From: an uncultured Candidatus Saccharibacteria bacterium
Lineage (GTDB): Bacteria; Patescibacteriota; Saccharimonadia; Saccharimonadales; JBBQAJ01
Direction of reading: 5' to 3'
DNA: 64,000 nucleotides
NCBI GenBank assembly: GCA_964593805.1
Contig: CAZQHP010000001.1
Span: forward strand, 91 to 64,090
Part shown: positions 26,895 to 35,054 of the stretch, piece after piece
How the letters are laid out: each line of letters opens with the position of its first letter
Position numbering within the stretch: the stretch's first letter is position 1
Notes under the pieces: generated by a model
Told to the model about the DNA's origin: nothing
Databases searched by the model: none
What the model saw: only the letters and a program-made list of their open reading frames with translations
Position numbers and translations under genes: made by a program

Positions 26895-27614
26895 TGTTTT
26901 GGAGAAATCTATCTCTGTTGGTGACTGTGCATATGATACGTCAAATTCGCCTACTTGGGTGCGGCGGAGGGCGGTCATGTAGGCGCTAGTTCCTAGTTCT
27001 TTGCCTATATCTTCTACCAAACTGCGGATATACGTGCCGGAAGAAACTTTGGCGGTGAATTTCACCTCTGGATATGCATAATCCACATCAGAAATGCTGT
27101 AAATCGTCACCCTTCGAGGCTCAAGCACCACTTCTTTGCCCTCTCTGGCTAATTTGTAAGCCCGTTGGCCATTTACTTTGACGGCGCTGAACTTGTGCGG
27201 CGTTTGCATGATTTCGCCCTGGAACGACCCCAAGACTGCCATAAAAGCTTTTTCTGATGGTTTTTCACCAGATACAATGGTCTTTTCACCCTCTTCATCG
27301 CCAGTTGTGCTGGTTTGGCCCAGTTTCATAGTCACTTCGTATACTTTGTCTAGTTTGCTAAACTCATGCGCCCGTTTGCAGTAACTGCCAAGGAGAATTA
27401 CCAAAAGTCCGGTTGCGAGCGGATCCAGAGTGCCGGCGTGGCCAACCTTCACCTTCCGTGAAGGAGTACTGAGTCGAGAGTCCTGAGTCGAGAGTTTTTC
27501 GCTCCGTACTCCGTACTCTGTACTCTGTGACTGGCGCAAAAGTCCCCTGACTTTTGCGACTACGTCAAACGACGTCCAGCCAGACGGCTTATCAATCAGT
27601 AAAATTCCATCCAC
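26880..27614 (-). CDS. truB: tRNA pseudouridine-55 synthase TruB, with a repeat-encoded insertion
   Basis: GTG start. GILLIDKPSGWTSFDVV.. and catalytic ..GHAGTLDPLATGLLVILLG. An extra ~21-24 aa lies between these motifs. Confidence 0.92.
   Translation of the reverse strand: MDGILLIDKPSGWTSFDVVAKVRGLLRQSQSTEYGVRSEKLSTQDSRLSTPSRKVKVGHAGTLDPLATGLLVILLGSYCKRAHEFSKLDKVYEVTMKLGQTSTTGDEEGEKTIVSGEKPSEKAFMAVLGSFQGEIMQTPHKFSAVKVNGQRAYKLAREGKEVVLEPRRVTIYSISDVDYAYPEVKFTAKVSSGTYIRSLVEDIGKELGTSAYMTALRRTQVGEFDVSYAQSPTEIDFSKTLTNK
27469..27531. repeat. 7-nt-periodic tract inside truB (9 units, 63 nt)
   Basis: ctgagtc gagagtc ctgagtc gagagtt tttcgct ccgtact ccgtact ctgtact ctgtgac. It encodes ..SQSTEYGVRSEKLSTQDSRLS.. 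Confidence 0.9.
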
Positions 27615-27628
27615 GAACGCAGTATAAC

Positions 27629-29341
27629 CTACGCGGGTGTGTTGCCGGGGGTGTTGGCATCATCTGCGAGAGGCATAATGGGCGGTATCAAAGGTGGAGG
27701 CACTGGCGGCGGCGCAGTTGGATTAGCTAGCGAAGCGGCGGTGCTGTCCGCGGGCAGACCGGAACCTGGCATTACTAGTCCCGCCGGCAAATTGGGATCC
27801 GCCGCTGGAGTCAAGGTTGGGGTAGCTGGAGCCGATGCATCACTTTTGTTTAGATCCACCGGAAAAGCGTTTAGGGATTGAACCGGTTCGAGCATCTGTG
27901 GCGGCGTGCCGCTGACTGCTTGCATGACAGCGCTTCGGGCATCAGAAACTCCGCTGCCGGTTTGGTTTGTGGAAGCGAGCGGTCCGGGCGTCTGAGCCAA
28001 ATGCGGGCTGCCGACCACTTTTTCCAAGTCAGAGAGAGTGCTTAGCGATTGGTTCGGTTCTGGCGCCGGGCTAGAAGCAGGACCACTAATATCTTCGGCT
28101 GTTGGCTGAAAAATACTTGTTGCCGGCGCATTTTGGCTGGTTGCCGGTGTTTCATGAGAAAGCAAAGGGCCTTGTGCGGCATTTGCGCCCAGTGGATCGA
28201 TGCTTGGATCTAGGCCTTCTGGGGTGCTGTTGGCTGTTAGCGTACCTCCAAGCGTGGGCGGCTGTGTGATTAGGCGAGAACCGGCCGAATATTCGTTAGC
28301 CTCTTCTGTTGGAAGCGGTTCAATCACTTTTTGCTTCATGGCCTCAATGTCTTTGGCTCGTTTTAGTATGCCCTCTTTGTCTATGTCTATTTGCTCTAAC
28401 GGGTTTTCTTCTGGTTCTTCGCTGTCTGGCAAAGCATTTAGATCAATTAGGGGCTTTTTGTTGCCATGATCAATCTCTAGCGAGCCGTCATCAACTTCTT
28501 CGACTTTTGTTTCAACCATTTCAGCCGGTGCCGCCGCCTGTTTGCTCTCTGTGACTTCTGGCAGTTCTGCATCGTCTTCTGCGGGAGCCTCCGTTACGGT
28601 CTGGGGCTGTAGTTGGCTGGCCACCAGTTGCTGGTTGGCGCCGGCTGCCATCAGCTTGGCGCTTAGCTGCATGGTTGCCGAAGAGGTTTTTTCATTACTA
28701 AAACGATTGGTTTCCGCCACAATACCGGTTAGAAAGGCAGTGGCCATCTGACCGTCTAGTACATCTGCTTTCAAGCTGAGACCCATGTCTAGCAGCATTT
28801 CGCATAGGCTGCTGGCATCTGGCTGCACCCAGTTTATACTGCCCAAGTTGGCCCCGTCTTGAGTGTTTACGCTTACCACCGTGGCATCGTGCAAAATACG
28901 GCCGTGAGAAGTGATGGCTTGGTCCAAATCTTTCTGCTCGTTTACCCCCAGAGCCATGACCACGTCTACGTTAAAATCACCTTGGCTGAATTCTAGGTCT
29001 TTGTCGCTTATAGAGGTCCGGTACGGCGTTATGAAAATTTTGACCATCTGGTCTTCTACTTTATAGCGCAGTTTGTCGGCTTTGGATTTGTCCAGAGCAA
29101 TTATAAAATCTCGCAGACTGTCGGTGTTTTTTTCAAGCGTCTTTTCCGGCTGCAAAAACTCAATGGTATTAGGAACCACGCCGCTAAAAACAGCTGTGGC
29201 GTGTTTGCCTAGTTTGTTGAGTAGCAAAGTCAGACCTATAACGGCCGCCAACTGATCTACCGAAGGATTAGCACGCACGGTCACTAAGACGTTATTTGCC
29301 TGCTTCAATCTGTCGGTAATCTGCTTTTTGGGGGAGTCCAT
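27629..29341 (-). CDS. DHH/DHHA1-family (NrnA-like) protein with degenerate catalytic motifs and a ~300-aa Pro/Ala/Ser-rich C-terminal extension
   Basis: ..ATAFLTGIVAETNRFS.. resembles the NrnA linker/DHHA1 region. It sits upstream of truB, as in many rbfA-nrnA-truB clusters. No canonical DHH residues were seen. Confidence 0.5.
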   Translation of the reverse strand: MDSPKKQITDRLKQANNVLVTVRANPSVDQLAAVIGLTLLLNKLGKHATAVFSGVVPNTIEFLQPEKTLEKNTDSLRDFIIALDKSKADKLRYKVEDQMVKIFITPYRTSISDKDLEFSQGDFNVDVVMALGVNEQKDLDQAITSHGRILHDATVVSVNTQDGANLGSINWVQPDASSLCEMLLDMGLSLKADVLDGQMATAFLTGIVAETNRFSNEKTSSATMQLSAKLMAAGANQQLVASQLQPQTVTEAPAEDDAELPEVTESKQAAAPAEMVETKVEEVDDGSLEIDHGNKKPLIDLNALPDSEEPEENPLEQIDIDKEGILKRAKDIEAMKQKVIEPLPTEEANEYSAGSRLITQPPTLGGTLTANSTPEGLDPSIDPLGANAAQGPLLSHETPATSQNAPATSIFQPTAEDISGPASSPAPEPNQSLSTLSDLEKVVGSPHLAQTPGPLASTNQTGSGVSDARSAVMQAVSGTPPQMLEPVQSLNAFPVDLNKSDASAPATPTLTPAADPNLPAGLVMPGSGLPADSTAASLANPTAPPPVPPPLIPPIMPLADDANTPGNTPA

Positions 29342-29405
29342 TTTTGTTTTTTGATCCTCTGGTGGTCATCTTAGCATAAAACGTAAGCATTGTCCACGCG
29401 TATTC

Positions 29406-29434
29406 TTTACAAAAACCGCCTCTGTCGGTATAGT
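29406..29434 (+). promoter_or_regulatory. Sigma70-type promoter, TTTACA-N17-TATAGT, for rpsT
   Basis: TTTACAaaaaccgcctctgtcggTATAGT, about 43 nt before the rpsT ATG. Confidence 0.6.
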
Positions 29435-29477
29435 GTAGACCTGACTAATCATCAACTGTAAGCAAGATAGGAAACTA

Positions 29478-29834
29478 ATGCCCATTATCAAATCAGCTAA
29501 AAAGCGTGTTCGAGTTGCCCGCAAGGCTACCGTGCGCAATGCCAAAACCAAGCGTAATCTGCGCCTGGCTCTGAAATCTTTTCAGTCTTCAGCAAGCGGC
29601 AGTACGCACAGCAAGGCCCAAAGCGCCCTAGACAAAGCTGGCAAAAAAGGCTTGCTCCACAAGAACAAAATTGCCCGCAAAAAGCGCCAGCTGGCCGCGG
29701 CCGCCAAAAAAGCCGGCGTAAAGACCGCTGGAATCGCCAAAGCCAAAAAAGTCGTTACAAAGAAACCAGCCGTAAAGAAAGCAGCTCCAAAGAAGGTAGT
29801 CGCCAAAAAGAAACCAGCAACAAAGAAAAAATAA
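29478..29834 (+). CDS. rpsT: 30S ribosomal protein S20 with a Lys/Ala/Pro-rich C-terminal extension
   Basis: MPIIKSAKKRVRVARKATVRNAKTKRNLR.. is the canonical S20 start. The last ~45 aa are AKKA/PKK repeats. Confidence 0.92.
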   Translation: MPIIKSAKKRVRVARKATVRNAKTKRNLRLALKSFQSSASGSTHSKAQSALDKAGKKGLLHKNKIARKKRQLAAAAKKAGVKTAGIAKAKKVVTKKPAVKKAAPKKVVAKKKPATKKK

Positions 29835-29860
29835 GCTTTTTATAAGACCAGTGTCGCAAC

Positions 29861-30325
29861 GCACGCTTCGCTCGCTTAAACCATACTTTTTGGTCAGCAA
29901 AAAGTAAGCAAAAACTGACGCCATGGGCTGCGAAACGTGACTGAATCATCTACCATGCATATGAGGCGCCAGCAGAATAGCGACTTCGTAGTTCTTTGGG
30001 ATTACTCACGTATGCTGCTGGCTCTACTCCTCATATACCTGAGATGATGCAATCAGTTTCTTGAATGGCGGGAACAAGCAGAGCCCCGCAAGCGAGCCAA
30101 ATCTATAATCCGCCGGAGGCGGATACCTTGGAGGCTTCTCAGACTCTGGAGGTTCCTGAAAAGCGTAGTGTCAAAGCTACCATTTGAGAGAGGAGTCCAC
30201 CGCGGCGGACGACGAGCATGGTAGCGCTTGACGACGAAGCTTATCAAGAACTGGAAGGGCTGTCATTTCTTTGGTTACTTTCTTGTTGACACAAGAAAGT
30301 AACTCAGCAACTGAGCCGAACGCGC
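29861..30325. ncRNA. Copy A of a two-copy ~465-nt non-coding, helix-rich element (candidate structured RNA or non-autonomous mobile element; class unknown, strand undetermined)
   Basis: Aligns with 45531-46005 in conserved blocks separated by non-homologous but self-complementary segments. No conserved ORF. It lies between the convergent rpsT and holA stops. Confidence 0.55.
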
Positions 30326-30338
30326 GCGTGAATGTGCT

Positions 30339-31238
30339 TTAAATGTTTAATAAAAATGCTTGCACTCCGTCGTCGGCGTCTATGGCGGTCGTTTTTAATT
30401 GCACGTCCAATTGCGCCAGTTCATGAACCAGTTGTTTAAGTTTTTCGGGTGGTAAATTACGAGTAATTTTGCGGCTTTTGCTGACTACAAACGGATTGAT
30501 TTTGGCATCGGCGGCAATGTTTGCGTCACTACGATCCCCAGCCGCTTTGACCACAGCCAGCACATGCAGCTGCCAGGCGAGCATGGCAATGATTTGTTGC
30601 GGTTCAACCCGGCTGGCACGCTGCTGCGCGTAGAGTTTTAGCATATGTTTTTGGTCGCCAGCAAAAGCGGAGTCTAGCAGCTGGAATATCGTGCTCCGCG
30701 GATTTGGTTCTGTTAGCAAATCAATTTCCGCACGCGTGACTTTGGAATTGTACGTTGCCAGTTTTGCCAGCTCGTTGACGAGCAATTGCTGATTGGCACC
30801 TACCCGTTCTACTAAGTATTGTGCGTCAGATTGGCTTATGTCTGCCTGCTCGGTAATCCATTTCGCCAGTCCGTATTCATCCAGCTCATTAAATTCTTTG
30901 TATTCGGTGTTTTTCTTCAGATATTTGTAGTAACTAGAGCGTTTGTCTAGTTTGGGTTCGTGAATAATCACGTCTGTTGTTTCTGGCAAATTACTCAAAA
31001 GTTGTTCAACTTTTTCTACAAACTCTTTGTTGGCACTTGGAGCCCGTAAAACCACCAACTTTTTGCTGGCCAAAAAAGGCAAACTTTCCAGCGCTTCCCG
31101 AATCCGGTCATATTCCGCTTCTTCCCCATCTATCCTATCCAACCCCATGTCTGTGTATTCTTTGATAAACGTCGAAGCCAGCCGTTGAAGCTCGGCCTGC
31201 ACCAAATACGAATTACTCCCCGAAAGCGTAGTTATCAT
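30339..31238 (-). CDS. holA: DNA polymerase III delta subunit
   Basis: MITTLSGSNSYLVQAEL.. and ..KLVVLRAPS.. show the HolA pattern. The ATG at 31238 lies 14 nt after the mutM stop. The longer ORF-track start overlaps mutM. Confidence 0.8.
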   Translation of the reverse strand: MITTLSGSNSYLVQAELQRLASTFIKEYTDMGLDRIDGEEAEYDRIREALESLPFLASKKLVVLRAPSANKEFVEKVEQLLSNLPETTDVIIHEPKLDKRSSYYKYLKKNTEYKEFNELDEYGLAKWITEQADISQSDAQYLVERVGANQQLLVNELAKLATYNSKVTRAEIDLLTEPNPRSTIFQLLDSAFAGDQKHMLKLYAQQRASRVEPQQIIAMLAWQLHVLAVVKAAGDRSDANIAADAKINPFVVSKSRKITRNLPPEKLKQLVHELAQLDVQLKTTAIDADDGVQAFLLNI

Positions 31239-31252
31239 CGTGGTGGAGATTA

Positions 31253-32161
31253 TCACGCCTTTTGGCATTTGGGGCAAGTGTGGGTGCCGCGGCCGGCTAC
31301 TCGAGTCTTTGTAATTATTGTACCGCAGCGTGGACACTCTTGACCCTCACGGCGGAATACACGCGCAAAACTGAGGTAGCTGCCCTTTTTGCCTTCCGCA
31401 TTCACATAATTTCTATCTGTTGAACCGCCTTTTGCTATAGCTAGATTTAGGACAAATTGAAGTTTGGTAAATAATTTGTATATTTTGACTTTGGAAAGAT
31501 TTTTTACCAATGTAGCCGGGTGGATTTTGGCGTCCCATAGGCTTTCGTCGGCGTATATATTGCCTACGCCCGCTATCACGGTTTGGTCCAAAAGTGCGGC
31601 TTTAATATTTGTATTCGGCCGGCGTAAAAGCCGCTCCTGAAAGGCTTTTTTGGTAAAATCAGCAGCCAATGGCTCGGGTCCAACGCGTCTAAAAAAGTCT
31701 ATGTTTGGCACCTCGATGGTGGGCAAAAGTTTCATCCAGCCAAATTTGCGCTGGTCGTTGAAGAAAAGTTCGGAGCCGTCTGTGAAGGTAATAATTACCC
31801 TAGTTGATTTGTCGGGTAAGCCTCCGACCAAAGATTCACTCGGGTGTCCAGCCCCAAACCTTTCTTCAGCTGTCAGCTGTCCGCTACTAGCTGTTAGCTT
31901 GTGCGCTTCGCGCACATAAACCATTTGTCCGGTCATTTTGAGATGACTCACGAGTGTGTGTCCGGAAGACAAATCAATGAGCAATATTTTTGCACGCCGC
32001 CGGACACCAATGATTTTGGAACCCACCAAAAACGCCTTTACGTCCGCCTCAGCGTTTGGAAATGATTTGGCCCAGTCGTGCGTAATGCCAGCAATGGCCT
32101 TACCAATAACAAATTTATTTAGTCCTGTTCGGACCGTTTCAACCTCAGGTAGTTCTGGCAT
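31253..32161 (-). CDS. mutM: Formamidopyrimidine-DNA glycosylase (Fpg/MutM), with a repeat-encoded insertion
   Basis: MPELPEVETVR N-terminus, H2TH region, and C-terminal zinc finger CPRCG...CPKCQ. Confidence 0.93.
   Translation of the reverse strand: MPELPEVETVRTGLNKFVIGKAIAGITHDWAKSFPNAEADVKAFLVGSKIIGVRRRAKILLIDLSSGHTLVSHLKMTGQMVYVREAHKLTASSGQLTAEERFGAGHPSESLVGGLPDKSTRVIITFTDGSELFFNDQRKFGWMKLLPTIEVPNIDFFRRVGPEPLAADFTKKAFQERLLRRPNTNIKAALLDQTVIAGVGNIYADESLWDAKIHPATLVKNLSKVKIYKLFTKLQFVLNLAIAKGGSTDRNYVNAEGKKGSYLSFARVFRREGQECPRCGTIITKTRVAGRGTHTCPKCQKA
31867..31901. repeat. Tandem heptamers inside mutM
   Basis: cagctgt cagctgt ccgctac tagctgt tagcttg. It encodes ..HKLTASSGQLTAE.. Confidence 0.9.
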
Positions 32162-32186
32162 GGTCTATTCATTGTACAATAAGGGT

Positions 32187-32429
32187 ATGAGCGAGTCTCT
32201 GGGTGATCTATTGGCCAAGAAAAATCTGCGGGAACCGGCAGAAATATTGGTTATCCGAACTTTTTTGCATGAAAACTACCAAGCCGACTGCCAAATTACC
32301 ACCAGCCCGCGACAAATTGTGATTGCGGTCAAAGGAGCTTCCCTGGCTGGCGCAGTGCGGGTTCGTTTGCACGAACTGCAAGCACTCTGCCAAACAGACA
32401 AACGTTTAGTCTTAAGAATAATCAACTAG
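32187..32429 (+). CDS. DUF721/DciA-like small protein
   Basis: MSESLGDLL....IAVKGASLAGAVRVRLHELQ..LVLRI shows a DUF721-like pattern. TACAAT lies 6 nt before the ATG. The N-terminal part of ORF-track 31956.. is antisense to mutM. Confidence 0.45.
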   Translation: MSESLGDLLAKKNLREPAEILVIRTFLHENYQADCQITTSPRQIVIAVKGASLAGAVRVRLHELQALCQTDKRLVLRIIN

Positions 32430-32649
32430 CCATCCGAGAATAGACGGCCATTTCACCAACGTGGCGTATTGGAGATGCAGCGTGTTGAGATGCATCAGCT
32501 TCAACCCTTTGTACAAGTTCTCTGGCCTGTTGGGTAGTGTCAGAAGCGGGATCAACTTCATGAATAACATAGGCTTTTGGAATATCCGGTAATGGTACGC
32601 GCAGAGCCACATGGCCCCCAAAATCTATAGTTGGTATTCGTTCCGCCAT
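32422..32649 (-). CDS. Hypothetical 75-aa protein
   Basis: ORF only. I recognise no domain. Confidence 0.35.
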   Translation of the reverse strand: MAERIPTIDFGGHVALRVPLPDIPKAYVIHEVDPASDTTQQARELVQRVEADASQHAASPIRHVGEMAVYSRMAS

Positions 32650-32755
32650 GTTTGTTTCCTTTTGTTTATGTTTATAAACTAACTATCATTATAAATCTTC
32701 GTGTCAACTTTTGCGGGCTTTTGTGATAAAAAGCACAAGCATTATATTTTTAACG

Positions 32756-33331
32756 TCACACGTGAGATAAAATCACGTCCAGTTCTGCTTTGAACTGTGA
32801 AAAGTCTCTGTACCAGACCGCCTGCATGCCAATTGCCCGCGCCGCTTCGCAGTAGCCTTCGCTGTCGTCAGTAAACACGCATTCGCTCGCTTCCGCGCCA
32901 AGTTTTTGCGCGGCAAGCTGGTAAATTTCGGCGTTCGGTTTCATCATGCCAACCTCTGCAGAGACAATAAGGGCATCAAACAAAGCAAGTTGGGTTGGGT
33001 TGAATTTGCGCTGCAACGTGCCGACGTTTGCATTGCTCAATATGGCAATTTTGTAGTTTTGTTTGAGTTCCCTGATATACGTTAGTAAATCTTCATTTGG
33101 CTGTTCGCCTTTGCGTACAGTGTCATACCACACGTTATAGGGCATCCCTATTCTGTCCGCTACCTTTTGGTGCATATCGCGGCTGGATATAAAGCCCTGG
33201 TTTGCCGTAGACAGAACGTCATCTAGAAAAACACTGTCTTTGGCCAAATCTCCGCCGGCCTGCCTATATATTTCTTTGAACCCACTGCCTACGAGCACCC
33301 CGAAACAGTCAAAAATAATGCCTTTTATCAC
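32756..33331 (-). CDS. HAD-superfamily hydrolase
   Basis: GTG start. Motif I IIFDCFGVL and ..ILSNAN.. / ..FTDDSE.. motifs. Confidence 0.85.
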   Translation of the reverse strand: MIKGIIFDCFGVLVGSGFKEIYRQAGGDLAKDSVFLDDVLSTANQGFISSRDMHQKVADRIGMPYNVWYDTVRKGEQPNEDLLTYIRELKQNYKIAILSNANVGTLQRKFNPTQLALFDALIVSAEVGMMKPNAEIYQLAAQKLGAEASECVFTDDSEGYCEAARAIGMQAVWYRDFSQFKAELDVILSHV

Positions 33332-33374
33332 CTTAATATCTTAACAGATTAAAGATGTTGGAGCTTATGGGCTT

Positions 33375-33944
33375 TTAGAGAACGACGCCGCTTATAAACT
33401 TGTTGTAGTCCGTAATCTGGGCTTTGAAAAGCTGGCCAATTAGCTGGGTAGTGTTGCCGCCGCCAAAAGGACCGTCGGAAGTTGCACAGCTATCTGACCA
33501 AGTGCGCATGATTTCCTGCCCGGCGTCTGTCAGGCGGTAAATAAAACGGCTGCCGAGCGGGCAAACGCCGCGTTCATCTGGTTGTTTGACCGCGCGCTCT
33601 TTGCCAAAATTGGCGGTGTCTAGCCCCCGGACAAAGGCGGCAAAAGCATCGGGGCTATTGGTAAACTCCGTGCTGCGCTCTGCTCGTTCGGGATAACCAG
33701 CCAGTACTTCAACGGTGCGTTTGCTACGCGTTACGGTTACACGAATAGCCCGGCGCTGATCTTCGCCCACCAGGCGCCCCTGCTGGGTCCAGCTCACGCT
33801 GGCTGAATCTTTGGCATCATAGTCTGTCAATTTAGTTATGCGCGCGGTGGAGCGGGCAGGGCCGGAATTGCCACGCCCAATCAGGGCCGCCGCGCCAACG
33901 ATGACCAGAAAAGCTATAACTAAAATTGTAAGTCCGTATCTCAT
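33375..33944 (-). CDS. Membrane-anchored/secreted hypothetical protein
   Basis: N-terminal TM LTILVIAFLVIVGAAALIG. I recognise no domain. Confidence 0.5.
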   Translation of the reverse strand: MRYGLTILVIAFLVIVGAAALIGRGNSGPARSTARITKLTDYDAKDSASVSWTQQGRLVGEDQRRAIRVTVTRSKRTVEVLAGYPERAERSTEFTNSPDAFAAFVRGLDTANFGKERAVKQPDERGVCPLGSRFIYRLTDAGQEIMRTWSDSCATSDGPFGGGNTTQLIGQLFKAQITDYNKFISGVVL

Positions 33945-33987
33945 AACACCTCAATAACAGGCTAACAATAACACAAAACTATGATAA

Positions 33988-34401
33988 TTACAATGCTTCG
34001 AGAGCTTTCAGAATGGTTGCTTGACTGGGATCGCTTATCAGCTCTTTTACCCTGCCGGCATCTGCCCACTCCCATTCCAAGTGTTCTTCGCTCAGCTTTG
34101 GATCGCCGACAAACTCGGCCTGCACACGGTAGTAAACCAACATCAGGCTTTTTCGTCCCCACACATCATGATGCAGGCGGTGGACGCCCAAGAGTTCACC
34201 GACTTTGATGTCTTGGATGTTGAGCAATTCTTCGCTTAGTTCACGTGTAAGCGCCTGCTCTATAGTTTCGTTTCCCTCTACGCGCCCTCCAGCCACTTCC
34301 CAGCGCGCACCCCTGGCTTCGTGTTCGGGGTTTGTGCGCAACAGAAGCACTTTTTCATCCCGCACAATCACCCCTTTTATCCCCACATAAAACGTCTTCA
34401 T
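33988..34401 (-). CDS. NUDIX hydrolase
   Basis: Nudix box GGRVEGNETIEQALTRELSEELL. The ATG at 34401 overlaps the upstream stop (ATGA). Confidence 0.88.
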   Translation of the reverse strand: MKTFYVGIKGVIVRDEKVLLLRTNPEHEARGARWEVAGGRVEGNETIEQALTRELSEELLNIQDIKVGELLGVHRLHHDVWGRKSLMLVYYRVQAEFVGDPKLSEEHLEWEWADAGRVKELISDPSQATILKALEAL

Positions 34402-35042
34402 GTTTTGCGTGCCCCGCAATCTATAAAATTTGAAACATAGCCGTCGTAAATACCTGTAGCCTCTTCGAGTTTAAGTATTGAAAAATCTTCTAGGAGACTT
34501 TTGGCATAATCAACACTAAAGAAGTGCCTGACATGACCTTTCCGCACAAACATATCCGCCTCAATCTCATCACCTTCCCCGTACAGAAGATCGGTTGTTG
34601 ACTTGCACCTAAACGTAAGTAAGCCGTTAGGTTTCAAAATACGGTGTATTTCTTGAAATGTCGCTTTGGTTTGTTTGTGTTTGAAGTAGTGCAATGAAAG
34701 ACACGCATATACGCAGTCGAAGGTCTCGTCTGGATATGGATATTTACTAGTAATATCGAGTATTTCAAACTCTAGATTATTGTATTTATTTGTCGCCTTA
34801 TTTTGAGCAATTGTCTGATCCGCAAAATCAGTTGCCAGCGTTTTTATGCCATTCTGGGCAAATAATCCCGCGTCCAGCCCAACCCCACAGCCCAGCTCCA
34901 AAAGCTTGTCGCCTGCTTTAATAAATTTCAATACTTCTAAGGCAAAATCACTTGGTTCTTGCAGGCGCACTGCCATGGAATCAAGTCCATCATTCCAAAG
35001 TTTTCTTTGATCTGGAATCATAAGTTTTCCTGTACCTAGCAT
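34398..35042 (-). CDS. Class I SAM-dependent methyltransferase
   Basis: Motif I LLELGCGVGLDA and ..LKPNGLL.. The DNA looks AT-richer than its neighbours. Confidence 0.85.
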   Translation of the reverse strand: MLGTGKLMIPDQRKLWNDGLDSMAVRLQEPSDFALEVLKFIKAGDKLLELGCGVGLDAGLFAQNGIKTLATDFADQTIAQNKATNKYNNLEFEILDITSKYPYPDETFDCVYACLSLHYFKHKQTKATFQEIHRILKPNGLLTFRCKSTTDLLYGEGDEIEADMFVRKGHVRHFFSVDYAKSLLEDFSILKLEEATGIYDGYVSNFIDCGARKT

Positions 35043-35054
35043 AGCAAGAAAGGA

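Noticed and set aside
29582-29949. Minus-strand ORFs overlapping the rpsT tail
   Set aside because: They are a product of the low-complexity Lys/Ala-coding DNA read in antisense. rpsT itself has a canonical N-terminus and promoter.
30053-30247. A 64-aa minus-strand ORF inside repeat-element copy A, and the 61-aa ORF 45927..46112 in copy B
   Set aside because: Neither ORF is conserved between the two copies in position, frame or strand. The conservation pattern is helix-like rather than codon-like.
29861-30325. DGR template/variable repeat pair, tmRNA, RNase P RNA, SRP RNA or a group I/II intron as the identity of the two-copy element
   Set aside because: No reverse transcriptase is nearby, and the differences are not adenine-specific or inside a CDS, which argues against a DGR. 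I saw no tRNA-like acceptor/T-arm or tag ORF (tmRNA), no GGAAAGUCC / ACAGNRA core (RNase P), and no GUGYG start or domain V (group II). The element does not interrupt a gene, which argues against an intron. An Rfam scan is still needed.
31956-32186. N-terminal 77 codons of ORF-track 31956..32429
   Set aside because: They are antisense to the mutM 5' region. A TACAAT box and the ATG at 32187 give a compact DUF721-like protein instead.
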